A stretch of DNA of 63,067 bases, filler included, from Globobulimina sp. (taxonomy: Eukaryota), in NCBI GenBank assembly GCA_003354225.1. It is 19 parts of 19 records of this genome, joined end to end, with 100 filler letters (N's around TTAATTAATTAA, not from the genome) between each part and the next. Parts side by side here need not be neighbours in the genome. Positions count along the whole stretch, not along the records: positions 9,986 to 13,212 come from PIVH01003370.1; positions 13,313 to 16,538 come from PIVH01003371.1; positions 16,639 to 19,864 come from PIVH01003372.1; positions 19,965 to 23,189 come from PIVH01003373.1; positions 23,290 to 26,514 come from PIVH01003374.1; 14 more parts are not named here. The stretch is one strand, 5' to 3'. Shown here piece by piece: positions 11,772-24,917 of this stretch. Position 1 is the stretch's first letter. Each line of letters opens with the position of its first letter. The notes under the pieces are model-generated. The model did not search any database. It was not told where the DNA came from and was given only the letters and a program-made list of their open reading frames with translations. A program made the position numbers and the translations under genes.

Positions 11772-13212
11772 TTAATCAATCTCATCAACACTTTCCTCTT
11801 TCCATGACGACAAAATAAAATCAAGTATCTTTAGTGCAATTTTATTATTTTTGATTCCGTACACTGTACTTATCGCATATTCAATACTATCCATACTATG
11901 TTTCCTCAAAACTGCCAAACTCTGACGAATTAATGGTTCAACATCATTCAAATGTTTCTCAATTTCGACTTGCACCGATCCATCATTCACATTGGCACCA
12001 TATTTTAATAAAATATTGCCTAAATCCACCATATCATTCTTAATGGCATTCGCCAGCGGAGTACACATATCAATATCACGTAATTCTAGATCAATATCAT
12101 TATTATTGCACAATATCGTCAATAATTTATTAAATTTCATCGAATTTGGTGCATATTTAAAACCAGTCAATAAACTGCCGCTACTTAACTGATTTATATA
12201 CGTCTGTAATTTATAGGTTTTATTTTGTTGATTGATATCAAATATATTCAAACCGATCAATCTCTCCGCGACATCAATATCTAACCACAATATGGCCATA
12301 TCCAATACTTCTTGATTGGTATACAATTTATATTGATTTTTTTGCAATGGCACTGGATATAATATCTCATATTCCATGTTCTCATTCTTACCTTTCACCC
12401 ATTGCTCAAACATAACATCTCGTAATGGTAAACGCGGCCAATTATTATTCTTAAATGATGGGAATATGGCTACCGTTTGTTCGAATTCACCACAAATATT
12501 TCCATGCAATGCATTTAATTCCATCTCCACCTCAATATCCACATATTTTGACCGTTTTGCCTTTTCTAAATCAGCCTTTGCTTCTACAAATTTACGTTTC
12601 TGTCTATACGCACTGCCACGATTTAATAACGCTTTTATATTCATATCATCTTCGCTCAACACCTATAAATATATAAATATGAACACGTTATCTCACATAA
12701 TATGACATTATGATATATAAAATAAAATAACTTGGGAGCATTTTGCAATCACTTTGTTCCATTTCTGTTGTTTCTTATACACCGCAGCCATATGGATATA
12801 CGCAGACATTCTCAACTTATCAATACCTTTATATACGACACTTGTATCTCGTAACGGATTGTCACTCCCTGTATCGTTACAGAAATCAGCTAATTTTCGC
12901 ACTCCATTACTACCCAAATACATAACCATTTTACTATAATATTTTAATGCATTTTTATAATCCGGGTCCGTTGCATTGAATGCTTTGTTGCCCAGAGTCT
13001 GTAAATGGAGCGCACTCTCATATTCTGATCGTAACTTACTATTTCTTATCAATGATGTGGATAAATCTGACGATGTTAATTGAGTCTCATAGGTTGCTTC
13101 ATTTGCGACCAATTGCAATACATTTCCAATCTGAGCAACGTCAACATTGCCACGGCTGCCACCGTAATTATATCCATCTCTTCGTCGTTTGCGTATATAT
13201 GCCTCTTCATCA
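11772..13212 (-). CDS. TPR + ankyrin-like protein, 5'-partial; intron 12663-12731
   Basis: TPR region paralogous to the convergent neighbour (DYKNALKYYS, MAAVY, KCS). Ankyrin motif TPLANAIK...LLKYGANVN. Frame open to the contig edge. Confidence 0.8.
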
Positions 13213-13312
13213 NNNNNNNNNNNNNNNNNNNNNNNNNNNNNNNNNNNNNNNNNNNNTTAATTAATTAANNNNNNNNNNNNNNNNNNNNNNNNNNNNNNNN
13301 NNNNNNNNNNNN

Positions 13313-15658
13313 CTTGTCTTTCCAAGGCCAGGTGACTTCATATCGGTTGTTCGACACCTTCACTGTGTCATTGAATTGTTGTACCGCAATGTCGTCGTCG
13401 GACAACAGTGATGGCGGTTCTATTCCTATGGTCTCCAACTTCCAAAATGCATCCATATCCGGGTCAACCGGTAATGATGTGTTTGTCAGAGTAGTGGTGA
13501 GTGCCGTCTCCGGTAAACCATATGACTGGACGAACATGTTTTGGTCAATTGGTTGATGAGAGCATCCAGAGATACGACCAGCTAAGATCCATCCTAGCTT
13601 TGATCCCAATAAGTGAAGACCAGACCGAACCGTTATACGATCGGGCAATGTGAGTTCAAGATAATAATCCTGACCAATGAGTAAGTCAATTGTTGATGAC
13701 TCAACTTCTGTTGGTAATGTATCAGCCATAGACAAATCTTTCATCAAATATGAAGGAAACTGTTTGCCATATGGAACACGATGTGTTGTACCACTGATAG
13801 CGGGGATGATGTGAGCGACGAGAGTCATCTGTGAACCATCGCGTAAATTGATGAGCAATGTCGTTTCATATACGACTTGCGTTTGAATCTTGTCAGAACC
13901 AAATGTGGCAAGATTAAGTGTGATACGTTTGCCAAACTTCAGTTTGAGCTTGACCGCCAGTCGGTTTGCTACAAATGTGCGGTTGCTACCACAATCAAAC
14001 AGAAGACGGGTTTCTTGAGTGAGGGAACTGTCCGTAGGATTCCCAACAGTCGTCAATGCCGTTTGCATGATGACTGTTTCGCCCTTTGCCAAAAGAGCGG
14101 GTTCGCTGTCTCGTGACAGACTAAGATGTTCGACCTCAGGAGTCGAAGAGTCGGGTTTATCTTTCTTGTCCGGAGGTTTGGGAGCGGGTTTTCTTCCAAA
14201 TTTCTTGGGACAAAGTGCCCGATGATGCTTGCCGACCACTGCACAATGGAAGCAAGGTTGACGAGACTTGCAGTCCTTCATTGAATGTCCAGTGCGGAGG
14301 CAAAGAAAGCAAAGGCCAAGTTCTTTAACCCGTTGGCTTCGCTTTTCCAATGTGAAGTATGTACGACATTGATCAGTGAAGTGTAAACCCTGGCAGAGAA
14401 AACATGTGATTTTGGATTTCTTGTCCAATTCTCTAGCCATGAGGGCTTCAGCTGATGAACGCATGTGTGGGGGTTTGTATTTGTCCCCTGGATGAGTCGT
14501 TTTCGGACGAGCACCACCATGTTTGGATGATGACGAGTCGTCGACATCATATTGATCTGGGGGATTGATAGATTCACGAATGTCCAATTCTTGTTTTAGA
14601 TGCAGACGTAATCTGTCCATGTCCCATTGTTGATCATGAGGTTTCATTCGCTCTAACTGCGACATGACGTCATGAGGTAATTTACGTTTGATATTGTTAA
14701 CCATACTTGCGTGATTAACATTTTGACCAAGACCGACCAATGAACGTAAATGTTGTTCCATATTGTCGTAGAAGGATCGCAGATGAGTTGTACTACTACT
14801 GATAGGAGATACCTCATCCAATGCCGTATAATGCGCACTGATAATAGAAGTATCCTTTCCATATCGTGTAGTAAGTAACTCGATCGCTGTAGGATAATTA
14901 GCTGCAGTAAACTGTAAACCAGATACTGTTTTCAGAGCTTCACCTTCCAATAATGACTGTAAATGATGGAACTTGTTGATCGGTTCAATTGAGTTATTGG
15001 TGTGAACCGCAGATGAAAACTGTTCCCAAAATCCAGTCCATTTCATCACATTACCTGTGAACTTTTTCATCTCGAATTTCGGCAATTTGATGACGGATGG
15101 GTGAGCAGCATGTACAGCAGGTGGTACCACAGCAGCTGGTGCTGGAACACCTGGGTGGGGTTGTGGGGGTGCAATGGCAGCTATGAATGGTTGCATTGCA
15201 GCAGCGACTGTTTCAGCGATGAGTTGAGCTTGTGCTTGATCCTGTTCGACCTTGACTGGAGGTGGTTGTGCTCTAGGCTGCGTAGTATGAACTATTCGTT
15301 GCTGAATGGAAGCATGATAGCGACGTAAAATGAGGAGGCTGTCTTGATACCATAGGATGTCGTCATTGTCGTTATCCAATTCGGCTTGAAATTCCTCTTC
15401 AGATGTATCCTCAGCTTTCTTCTTATTTTCAGCAAGGCATTTACTGAGAGCAGCATTTGCAGATTCCAGTCTGGTTAATCTGTCCTGTAGTTTGGTATGT
15501 AAATCACCAATATCTGTTTCCAGGTCAGACAACAATCTTTGTTCCACTGTCGGAAGGTTTTTTCTTTGTTGAAGGGCAGCTTCAAGCTGACCACGTAGAA
15601 AGGTAAGATTATTCTTGGCTCTGGTGCGACCACCTTTGTATGCAGGCAATGAGGCCAT
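13313..15658 (-). mobile_element. BEL/Pao LTR retrotransposon gag-protease polyprotein (3'-truncated at contig edge)
   Basis: DUF1759-type gag LPKFEMKKFTGNVMKWTGFW; three Cys/His knuckles; aspartic protease LLFDCGSNRTF and IDLLIGQDY; FWKLETIGI...RYEVTWPWK, which precedes RT in BEL elements. Intronless. Confidence 0.93.
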
Positions 15659-16638
15659 GATGATTGTTGATGAGTTGTTGCAATAAAAATATCAAGAAAC
15701 ACAATAATCCTAAGATTTACCTCAAGAAAATAGTGTTTCAAGATAATGTTGAAATGTGCATAAAAAATATGTCACAATTTGCATAAAGAAATTTTATTGA
15801 CAAACAACAAAATCACAAAAATAATAATGCACCACAACAAAAGCACAAAATTAATGCATAAACAAAGTCACAAATATTATATGATGATTTCTTTCTGGTA
15901 TTTCTATTTCTCCCTTGGTTTCTTTGTGATGCTGGAACACCAAACCAATGACTGCCACAATATGCAAATGAGTATGCAAATTTCCAACCAAATGCAGTAT
16001 GTACTTTTCCAAAAAATTTTCCAACAAATCGAATTTGCCAGAAAACAATTTAGAAATTAGCACACACAAAGGACAGAAAAATACCTAACATAAAGTGGAG
16101 GAAATGGAGGGAAAGAATTTTGTTGGTAACATATTTGTGAATATTTAAATAAATTTTGGCTGAATAGAAAATGTTTAATATAAAGGTAAGAGGGTATGAA
16201 TAAATTTATGAAGTAGCACTAATGGGTACAACATATATTTATTTGTGAGTGAGGGCAAAAATATAATAAAATACCTTATTGTAAATTATTAATATTTGTC
16301 TACCCTGAATATCTTAATAGATATATTGGCTAAACCTTTATAATTAAATGGTACCTGTTAATCTGACTCCATGTTGATGATTGTTGGCTGACCAAAAAGA
16401 AGCAAAAAATGTGACGACCAAATGTATTGTTTGTACGGCCAAAAGTGACGTATGTTCGGCCAAAAGGGAACAGGTGTTTTGTGTTGGCTGTCTGGCTTCC
16501 TTCGCACGTTGTAAACCAATATTGACTGCACGCTGAGANNNNNNNNNNNNNNNNNNNNNNNNNNNNNNNNNNNNNNNNNNNNTTAATTAATTAANNNNNN
16601 NNNNNNNNNNNNNNNNNNNNNNNNNNNNNNNNNNNNNN

Positions 16639-18817
16639 CCAATTTAAAAACGAATATAAAATTGTGCCATATTGCGAGGAAATAGCCGATACCATCGATG
16701 ATGTAATACGGCTTGATTTGTCTGCCTATTTTCAGGTTTTTCCAGTTGATATCGATGGTTTAAAGGGATATACGTTTACTGTTAAATCATTATACAACGA
16801 TTTTATACACAGCAAACTTTGTTGTTGTGTACAGACAAATAACTGTCGACATGAATGGATAGCACATATTGATTATGTGTGCAATTTTGATATGAATACA
16901 AATAATGAATGCTCGCACAGTGAAAGCAAAATTAAATCAAATAAATTTGTACATGATTTCACCCAACAAATGGACCAACAAAACGATGATTGCAAACAGA
17001 ATGAATTTGAGCATAATTTTGGTTTTGGACTGTATTTGGATTACTGGGTCAAAGGAAAAACAAATTCAGTACTTCCAAAATACCAAACATTAAAACAAGA
17101 GCTAACAACCAATAATATCTCAAGATTGAGCCTGAAACAATATTATTGTTTATATGAACAATGTTTTACATTGCTGAAAACCAAAGCATTCGGAGCGTAC
17201 GACATCGGTGTAAATAATAAAAAATTCGGAGTTTCTAAAGGCTTACTATTCACAGTAAACCATGCAATCGCAATGAAGTTATATACGGATTATACAGATA
17301 TTCAGAGAAAATTCAAAATATTTTGCCGAAAGTATAATAACAAAGAAAGTATGAAAGAATTCATTGACAGAAACTCAGAGATTGCGAATTGGTGTCGTTA
17401 TATGAATGAGTCCTGCACAGTGTACGCACGTTTAATGCCCAAAAGTATTAAGATATACACTGGATTGAACAAGAAATTGTTGTTTGAATCGTTAAGTCAC
17501 TCATTTTATTGTCCATTATCAACGACCATAAATGCGGGCATTGCTGAAGGGTTTAAAGACGACAATGGCATTGTTCTAATATTAAAATCTGCAAATAACA
17601 GCACCCGATGTTTTGATGCCCGCTGGATCAGCCATCATAAGTATGAGAATGAGCGGGTTATTTTTGGTTCTTCGTTAAGAATATATGATATATGGATTGA
17701 TGGTACTTATATGAAGAAATATATTGCTTCGATGCATTTATTTGAAAAATTACTTCATGGCAATTTTGTAAATGCAAAGGATAACAGTCATAAAACAGAG
17801 GATTTGTTGCTGTTATTAATAAAGCATTATGTGAATAAAAATAAAGAAGAATTAATTACAGATTATATTCGATCTCTTTTTGCAAATATGACTCAATTTA
17901 TGTTGAATAAAAAGAGGAAATGTATATGGCTCAATGAGTATGTATTGAATAATTTGAATAATAAGGAATTGACAATGTACATTTTTAATTTTGAGTCAAG
18001 AAAAAGTGGGATTTTATTGGATTTATTCAATATTAAACCTGAAAACATTGATTGGGTCAAAATATTTCAATGGAGCATCAATTATAATAATAACAAATGT
18101 ATGGACTTAAAACCACGGAAATATATAGAATCAAAGGATTATTTATATAAAATTGATAATGATAATGATAATTATGTCGTATTTAACTTTTCATTTAGTT
18201 TTCCATATTCTTATGATTCACAAAGGTGTGGCTTTTTTTTTCATTTAAAGCGATTACCATCGAATATACAATCCATTCGAATTGAATATGATTTAGTTTG
18301 CAATGAAATAAAATATCAAAATACAATTAATTCACAATTGTTAAGTATAAATTCCATTGAAACTAAACAAATTTGTGGATTTCAAACATTTTTATCAAAT
18401 AAATTAAAATCATGTAATTGTGTTACATGGCATATTGCATTGAAAATAACTGAAATAATATATATTGATAACACATCATCGATGTCAACAATAACAACAA
18501 CAGAACAATTAATAAATATTATTAACAAACTTGAAAAACGAAATAAATCATATCAACAAATAATATCCGAATACAAAAAATATGGCAATGCATTACATAA
18601 ATCATTAGAAACAACGAGCAAATATGAACGTAATAACACCAACGATTTTAAGTTATTAGTCAACATTAAAAATAATATAATGGAGTTAAATAATATTAAG
18701 AATAGTGATGAGGATATAAAAAGTGATGATCAATGTCAAGAAAACAATTCAAAAGCAATACTTTCTTCTCAACAAAAGCAGATATTTGATTCTGTAGAAA
18801 ACAATTATCCGATATGA
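16639..18817 (+). CDS. Lineage-expanded protein with ADP-ribosyltransferase-like core, MATH-like domain and coiled coil (5'-partial)
   Basis: KLYTD, IYTG, CPLSTT, FD-x2-WIS-x4-ENER motif order. A beta-rich region FQWSI...GFFFHLK...GFQTF follows. Confidence 0.6.
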
Positions 18818-18942
18818 ACAATAACTATACTAACAATTGCGTGATTTGTGAATAATAGGTTTAGAACATAGGTACTGTACTTGTCATTATAGTTAGTAAA
18901 AAAAAAACTTTTTAGCCCGTAGTTTCAAATAAGAATCGAATA

Positions 18943-19651
18943 ATGGCAGGATTGATGCAACCATCACATACATACAATAGAATCATACCAGAATTCAAAC
19001 TTGTAGTACTTGGAGAAGGTGGAGTTGGTAAATCATGCTTAACCATTCGTTTATGCACTGATGGCTTCGAATTCATTGACGAATATGGTACACAACTTAC
19101 ACTAAAATATTAAATCTAAAACCAAATCAATTACAAATATACATAATATTTATATAGATCCAACAGTGGAAGATTGCTATCGAAAGTCTGCCAACATCGA
19201 TGGCTGCGACGTAGTGCTTGATGTGACAGACACAGCGGGGCAGAACGAGTTCAATGCTATGCAGGATAACTGGATACGTGAAGGCCAGGGATATGTATTG
19301 GTTTACAGCATAAATAAACCACACTCCTTTGCAGAATTGTATATGATCAGAGAGCGCATCTTACAAAGCAAAGACTGTGAGAGTGCGCCCATTGTTATTG
19401 CTGGAAATAAATGTGATTTGAAGGATGAACGTCAAGTTTTAATATCAGAGTTGGAGGATTTAGGGAAATCGTGGGATTGTCCGGTATTTGAAACTAGCGC
19501 AAAACTCAAAATAAATAATGTTGAGTGTTTTCATGAATGCGTGAGGCAAATTGTACGATATCAAAAGTTGAAACAAGATGGAAATCAAGTTAATGATACA
19601 AATAATAATAATCATACCATAATGCAATGTAATTGTTGTGCCATTTTGTAA
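18943..19651 (+). CDS. Ras-family small GTPase; intron 19088-19157
   Basis: FKLVVLGEGGVGKS, YDPTVED across the intron, DTAGQ, NKCD, ETSAK, C-terminal CaaX CAIL. Confidence 0.93.
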
Positions 19652-20279
19652 TTATTAATTTTTTATTTTATTTTATAAGCTAAGAAATATGAGTTTGTTT
19701 GCATTGTTTTGATTTGATTTATTATTCTTTTTTTGTCATTGGATTTGTTATAACTTTGTTTTGGATTTGCATAAAAATTGATTTCTTAAGTTTTGAAGAA
19801 GATTTTTTCTATTTTTACATCAAAATAGTTTGTGATGATTGCCGGCTGACAACTGACAGCAAAANNNNNNNNNNNNNNNNNNNNNNNNNNNNNNNNNNNN
19901 NNNNNNNNTTAATTAATTAANNNNNNNNNNNNNNNNNNNNNNNNNNNNNNNNNNNNNNNNNNNNTAATAGGATAGCTGTGGTTGGACAGAGTTGGCTGTT
20001 TCAAAGTATTGAGCATTATAAAGTTGCTGACGTTGATGAATATGTTGTTGAACCAGATAAGCAGCCATCTCGGAGTCCTGTTCATTGATCGTAAAAAGGA
20101 TAAAAAATTAAATCACAAACTATTAATAAAATTTATAATAAGTATTTTGATTTCATGTTTTTTTTTACAATTTTTTGTCATGCATTTAAATTGTAAGAGT
20201 CTTTGTACGTGTTTTTATGAACATAAATTTATATACATTTCACGAAATATTGACAAACAACGTTCGGAGTAAAAACACC

Positions 20280-20684
20280 ATGACAACACAACTACCGTTT
20301 AGTTCAGTGATTGGATACACGGAAACTACACTGTCAGCAACTGAAATTATTGAAGGACTGAATGCAGGATATATTTTACTGATTGCTATTGGTATTTTGT
20401 TTGTATTGATAGTGATCAAACTATACTTTCCAGGCCGAGGTGGTGATAATGATGATGAGGAAAATAAAAGTAATGATATCGATAATCTGAGAAACCATGT
20501 CATTTTAAAATTTGGTGATAATAACACTGCATTGAATAATTATACTAAAGCTTGTCAATGCAAATATTCATCATCTGAAGAAACAAGCGATGAATCAGAA
20601 GAATCGGAATCTACCACTACCTGTACACATCAATTTTATTTAACTCAAAAACAATCCATACGTATACAACCAAAAAAAATGTAA
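20280..20684 (+). CDS. Small single-pass membrane protein
   Basis: One hydrophobic helix (YILLIAIGILFVLIVIKLYF) followed by an acidic tail. Confidence 0.5.
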   Translation: MTTQLPFSSVIGYTETTLSATEIIEGLNAGYILLIAIGILFVLIVIKLYFPGRGGDNDDEENKSNDIDNLRNHVILKFGDNNTALNNYTKACQCKYSSSEETSDESEESESTTTCTHQFYLTQKQSIRIQPKKM

Positions 20685-21001
20685 TAATTGATAGTTATAA
20701 CTGTCAATGTTGGTAATATGCATAAATAAACTGTCAAATTCATTATTTCCGTTTATTTCCCGTTGTTCCCATTTACGTTTGGTTGGTAAACCTAAATTTA
20801 CACGGATTTGATAGTTTATTTATCGCATTAGCAATATATATTGTAGCTTTGAATTTATTTTTAAAATCTTTCTTTTATATTTTTCAAACTCATATTCTTC
20901 AGAACATAGACTTATCCTACAATCGATCAACTTTTAGTTGGCTCTGGATCTCATTTTAGCTGTAATTTCGTTGAAAACAGCAGTTAGTAACTTACTGTAC
21001 C

Positions 21002-23189
21002 ATGTCCATGAGTCAAAGTAGTAGTAGCAAACGATTAACAACGCTCTTAAATCAGTTAAACACAGGTATTAATACTTAAGAAACCATTATATTTGTCTCA
21101 AAATTTAAAATAAACATCACATCCATAATTACATACAGAATGCAATGAAACATCAAATCTAAAGAATGCATTTTGTAGCACTCGGATTTCGACAAAAGTT
21201 AAGCAATCTCTGATTACTTTTTCTGACACAGCCACATTCATTCCACATACTGTACGTCAGGAATTAAGATCTAAATGGTACGATCCATCATTAAATGTAT
21301 CCGAATTACGCAACATATTGGATCATGATAACATTGCAATGCGCAATAAATTACGGAATTTATTAGAAACAAACCCGATATTTATCCCTCGATTTCATTT
21401 ATCATTGTCACAAGAACGCGAATTAGCACTTGCACGCTTAAAAAAATTCACAGATACAAAGTTATTCAGCGTCAAGAATTTCATTGACAATCCGCGACGT
21501 ATATTTGCAGCACACGAAATGGCGGGATTTGCCGACGGCAGTATGGCAACCAAAATGACTGTGCAGTTCAATTTATTTGGTGGTACGGTATTAAAATTAG
21601 GCACACAGAGACATCATAAAAATGGTTTCTTGCAAAGTATTGATAATCTATCAAATATCGGTTGCTTTGGTTTGACTGAACTTGGTTATGGTAACAACGC
21701 AGTCGAAATGGAAACAACTGCAACCTTTGATGCTAAAGACCAGTGTTGGATAATTAATACGCCCTCCAGTCTGGCACAGAAATACTGGATAACCAACAGC
21801 GCCATTCATGCACATTGGTGCATTGTGTTTGCGCAGACCATAGTTGCCGGTAAGAACGAAGGCATCCATGGTTTTTTAGTGCGAATCCGTGACACTGACA
21901 CTCATCGCATAATGGCTGGAGTCCGGATCGACGATATGGGCGTGAAATTTGCGTGCAATGGGGTGGATAATGGGAAATTATGGTTTACGCAGGTAAAATG
22001 TCCCAGAGATGCATTATTAAACAGCATGAGTGATGTGGACGATTGTGGAGTATTTTCGTCCTCCATCAAAGGGAAAAAAAGAAATCGTTTCTTAGCCGTA
22101 GCAAACCAATTGTTGTCGGGAAGAATATGCATTGCAGCTATGATGTTAAGTGCATGTAAAGTAAGCTTAACCATTGCATTTCGATACGCTGCGACGCGAT
22201 TAACTGTCGGCCGTGGCGGCAAATCAGATACTCCCATCTTATCGTATCAATTACAACAGATAGCATTAGGTATCACTTTGCTTTTTATTTTTGTTTTTAA
22301 TTCCAATTTGAGATGATTTATATTGACACATAGTTCCGTTATTAGCGAAAACGATTTCGCTTAATATTGCTTTAAATTATGTGAAAGACAGATATGATGG
22401 CAACGTTATGCCACATATTGCAAGAGATGATGCAGAAGTAGTTATATTATGCTGTGCGATAAAACCAACCATATCGTGGCATAGTAATGTTGTGGGCAAT
22501 ATCTGTAGGGAGCGGTGTGGCGGCCAGGGATATTTAAGTATTAATCGATTGTGTGAAACTATCGGATTTGCGCATGCTGGCATGACTGCGGAAGGTGATA
22601 ACAGAGTGTTATATCAAAAGGTAGCTAAGGAGGTATTGGACAGACTGAGGAAAGGTAGACATAAATTTGGTGTAGTCGGAGATGGCGATGTTGACTGGAA
22701 TTGCTTGAGATCGATACAAGAGAATGTATTTAATAAATGGGAGAAATTGTGTTTATTAGATTTAGCGTCAACTATGCAATCAAAAATTATGAAAGACAAG
22801 AAAGCATTGTTTGATGTTTGGATGAATGAGGATCAGGATAAGGTACAGATGGTTGCGAATATATATTCTTTGCGAATGGTGAATGATGCGAATATATTGT
22901 CGATTGATGGTAATAATAATGATGACGGAGTTAAAGATGTAATCAGGAAATGTTTATTATTATCAATGTATTATGATATTAGGGAAAATTTAGGATTTTT
23001 GATAAGTAATGGTATTGTTCGAAAAGATGATTCAAGAGTATTAAGAACCAAATTTAATTTGTTATCAAATGAATTAGCATATAAATCATTATCAATTTGT
23101 CAATCTTTTGGAGTTCCAATCAGTTGTTTAGGCCCTATTGCTATGGATTGGATTGAGTATAATAAATGGGATAATAATGAAAACGCAAA
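21002..23189 (+). CDS. Peroxisomal acyl-CoA oxidase with N-terminal PTS2; introns 21066-21138 and 22270-22333; 3'-partial
   Basis: [34 protein letters not shown], catalytic TAEGDN. Exon 1 encodes RLTTLLNQL. Confidence 0.92.
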
Positions 23190-23289
23190 NNNNNNNNNNN
23201 NNNNNNNNNNNNNNNNNNNNNNNNNNNNNNNNNTTAATTAATTAANNNNNNNNNNNNNNNNNNNNNNNNNNNNNNNNNNNNNNNNNNNN

Positions 23290-23909
23290 GATAAACCGCG
23301 CAATTCCTCCGAACCAATGTATGTATTTTCACATTTTTTCAAATCTAAATCTTGGATAACTTGGTTGGCAAAGTTTAATTTCTCGTTTTTGCTTAATTTT
23401 CTTGATATATCTTTTGAGCGTAACCTTAATAATGCAGACACTTGGATGGCTTCTTTACATTTTTCGGTGGGATATAACAAATCATTTTGCATCACAAAGG
23501 CAATATGTTTGGATAAATAATTAAATTCGCGAGAGACGGCGGTGTTGACTGTAATATTATTCATTGTCACTATGCCACGACATATTGAGTTGGATGCTAA
23601 CGAGGCGATTCTTCGAATCCTACCGGTCAATATGGAGAGTAATGTCGTTTTGCCACCACCCGATGCACCAATGATTGCGTATAATTCGCCTGGTTTGGCA
23701 CAGCCAGATATACCACGTAAAATTTGAATATTTGGTTCATTCTTCTTTTTATTCTTAATCTCTAATTCAATATTGTCCCATTTTAAACGTATACCTTCGG
23801 ATATTTTGTGTTTAGCCGAATGATATGATGTGGAGGCGACGTTGACACTTACTATGAGTTTCTCTTCCTCGACAGAGTGACTCTTCAGTAATTCAGTTGT
23901 TGTCGACAT
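23290..23909 (-). CDS. ABCG (White-type) transporter, N-terminal nucleotide-binding domain, 3'-partial
   Basis: QILRGISG, Walker A GASGGGKTT, Q-loop FVMQND, LDLKKCENTYIG. Confidence 0.9.
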
Positions 23910-24085
23910 AATAACTGGCTAGCTCACTTCAAGAAAAGATAGAAAAGATAGCAAAGATAAACGTTGAAAGCTGCGTGACAAATTGACAATCCACGCAACT
24001 GAAATTGTGTTTTCTTTTGATGAGTTATAGTAAATTAATAAATATGATAATTAATTATAATAAATAGATAAATGCATACAGAAAA

Positions 24086-24703
24086 TCATTCACTGACACA
24101 CACAAATTTGGATAAGTCAAATTTGGCAACAACAACCTCGTGATCATAAGATAGTAATCTCGCACGTTTTTTATTTAAAATTAATTCATACGTTTCTTGC
24201 TCCGATATGAGTTTTAGTTTCTGGCTCATTCGAAACCATTCACAAACATCAATTTCTTTTGAATCACCCTTTTTAATTCGTGTATTGGAAAGTATTTCAA
24301 TGTCTGCCTCTGGACTTTGATGGCCTTGCTGAAGGTTTAAACCTTTAGTTTCTGCCAGAAAAATTCGCACAAAATAATCTGTCGAAGCGTCATTCACCAA
24401 ATGCACTGTGGAAGTATGAATTATTGGCAAACCACCCGTTGATAGTCTTTGTTTATCAACCAATCGAAACCAAACAGGTCCCAAATATGTGGTTTCTTGA
24501 ATTGTAGGGTTCAATAAGCCATTTACTTTAAATGAGACCTCTGATGCATCATGCTCAAGATCCGTATCACTTAATGTTCCAACGGATGTTCGCGATTCGA
24601 GTGCTGTCATTTGGCCAATAACTCTGTCCTTTCCTCCACAATCCCAAAAACACATGGCATGGCTGACAGTTATAATATTGCATATCATTATAAATAGGTT
24701 CAT
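24086..24703 (-). CDS. Hypothetical secreted protein
   Basis: ATG ORF of about 205 aa beginning with a signal-like MNLFIMICNIITVSHA. Confidence 0.5.
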   Translation of the reverse strand: MNLFIMICNIITVSHAMCFWDCGGKDRVIGQMTALESRTSVGTLSDTDLEHDASEVSFKVNGLLNPTIQETTYLGPVWFRLVDKQRLSTGGLPIIHTSTVHLVNDASTDYFVRIFLAETKGLNLQQGHQSPEADIEILSNTRIKKGDSKEIDVCEWFRMSQKLKLISEQETYELILNKKRARLLSYDHEVVVAKFDLSKFVCVSE

Positions 24704-24917
24704 CTTTCTCACCCTAGTTAATAATATTTTGATTGATCGATGTGATGTGTAGCAAAACTTAATTTTCTTGTTCTGCGAATTTACCGACAATTACCGTGCA
24801 CGTGATGTCATTTCATATATATACAGCTGCAAGGTTTTTGAGCATAATAATCCCAACCACTAAATACTTTCCATCTACTAAATACTTTTCGTATCATAAT
24901 ATCATCTGTACATCAAA

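Noticed and set aside
16300-16538. 5' LTR and primer-binding site of the BEL element
   Set aside because: Several TGG-starting candidates exist, but I could not match any to a tRNA 3' end and there is no second LTR to compare.
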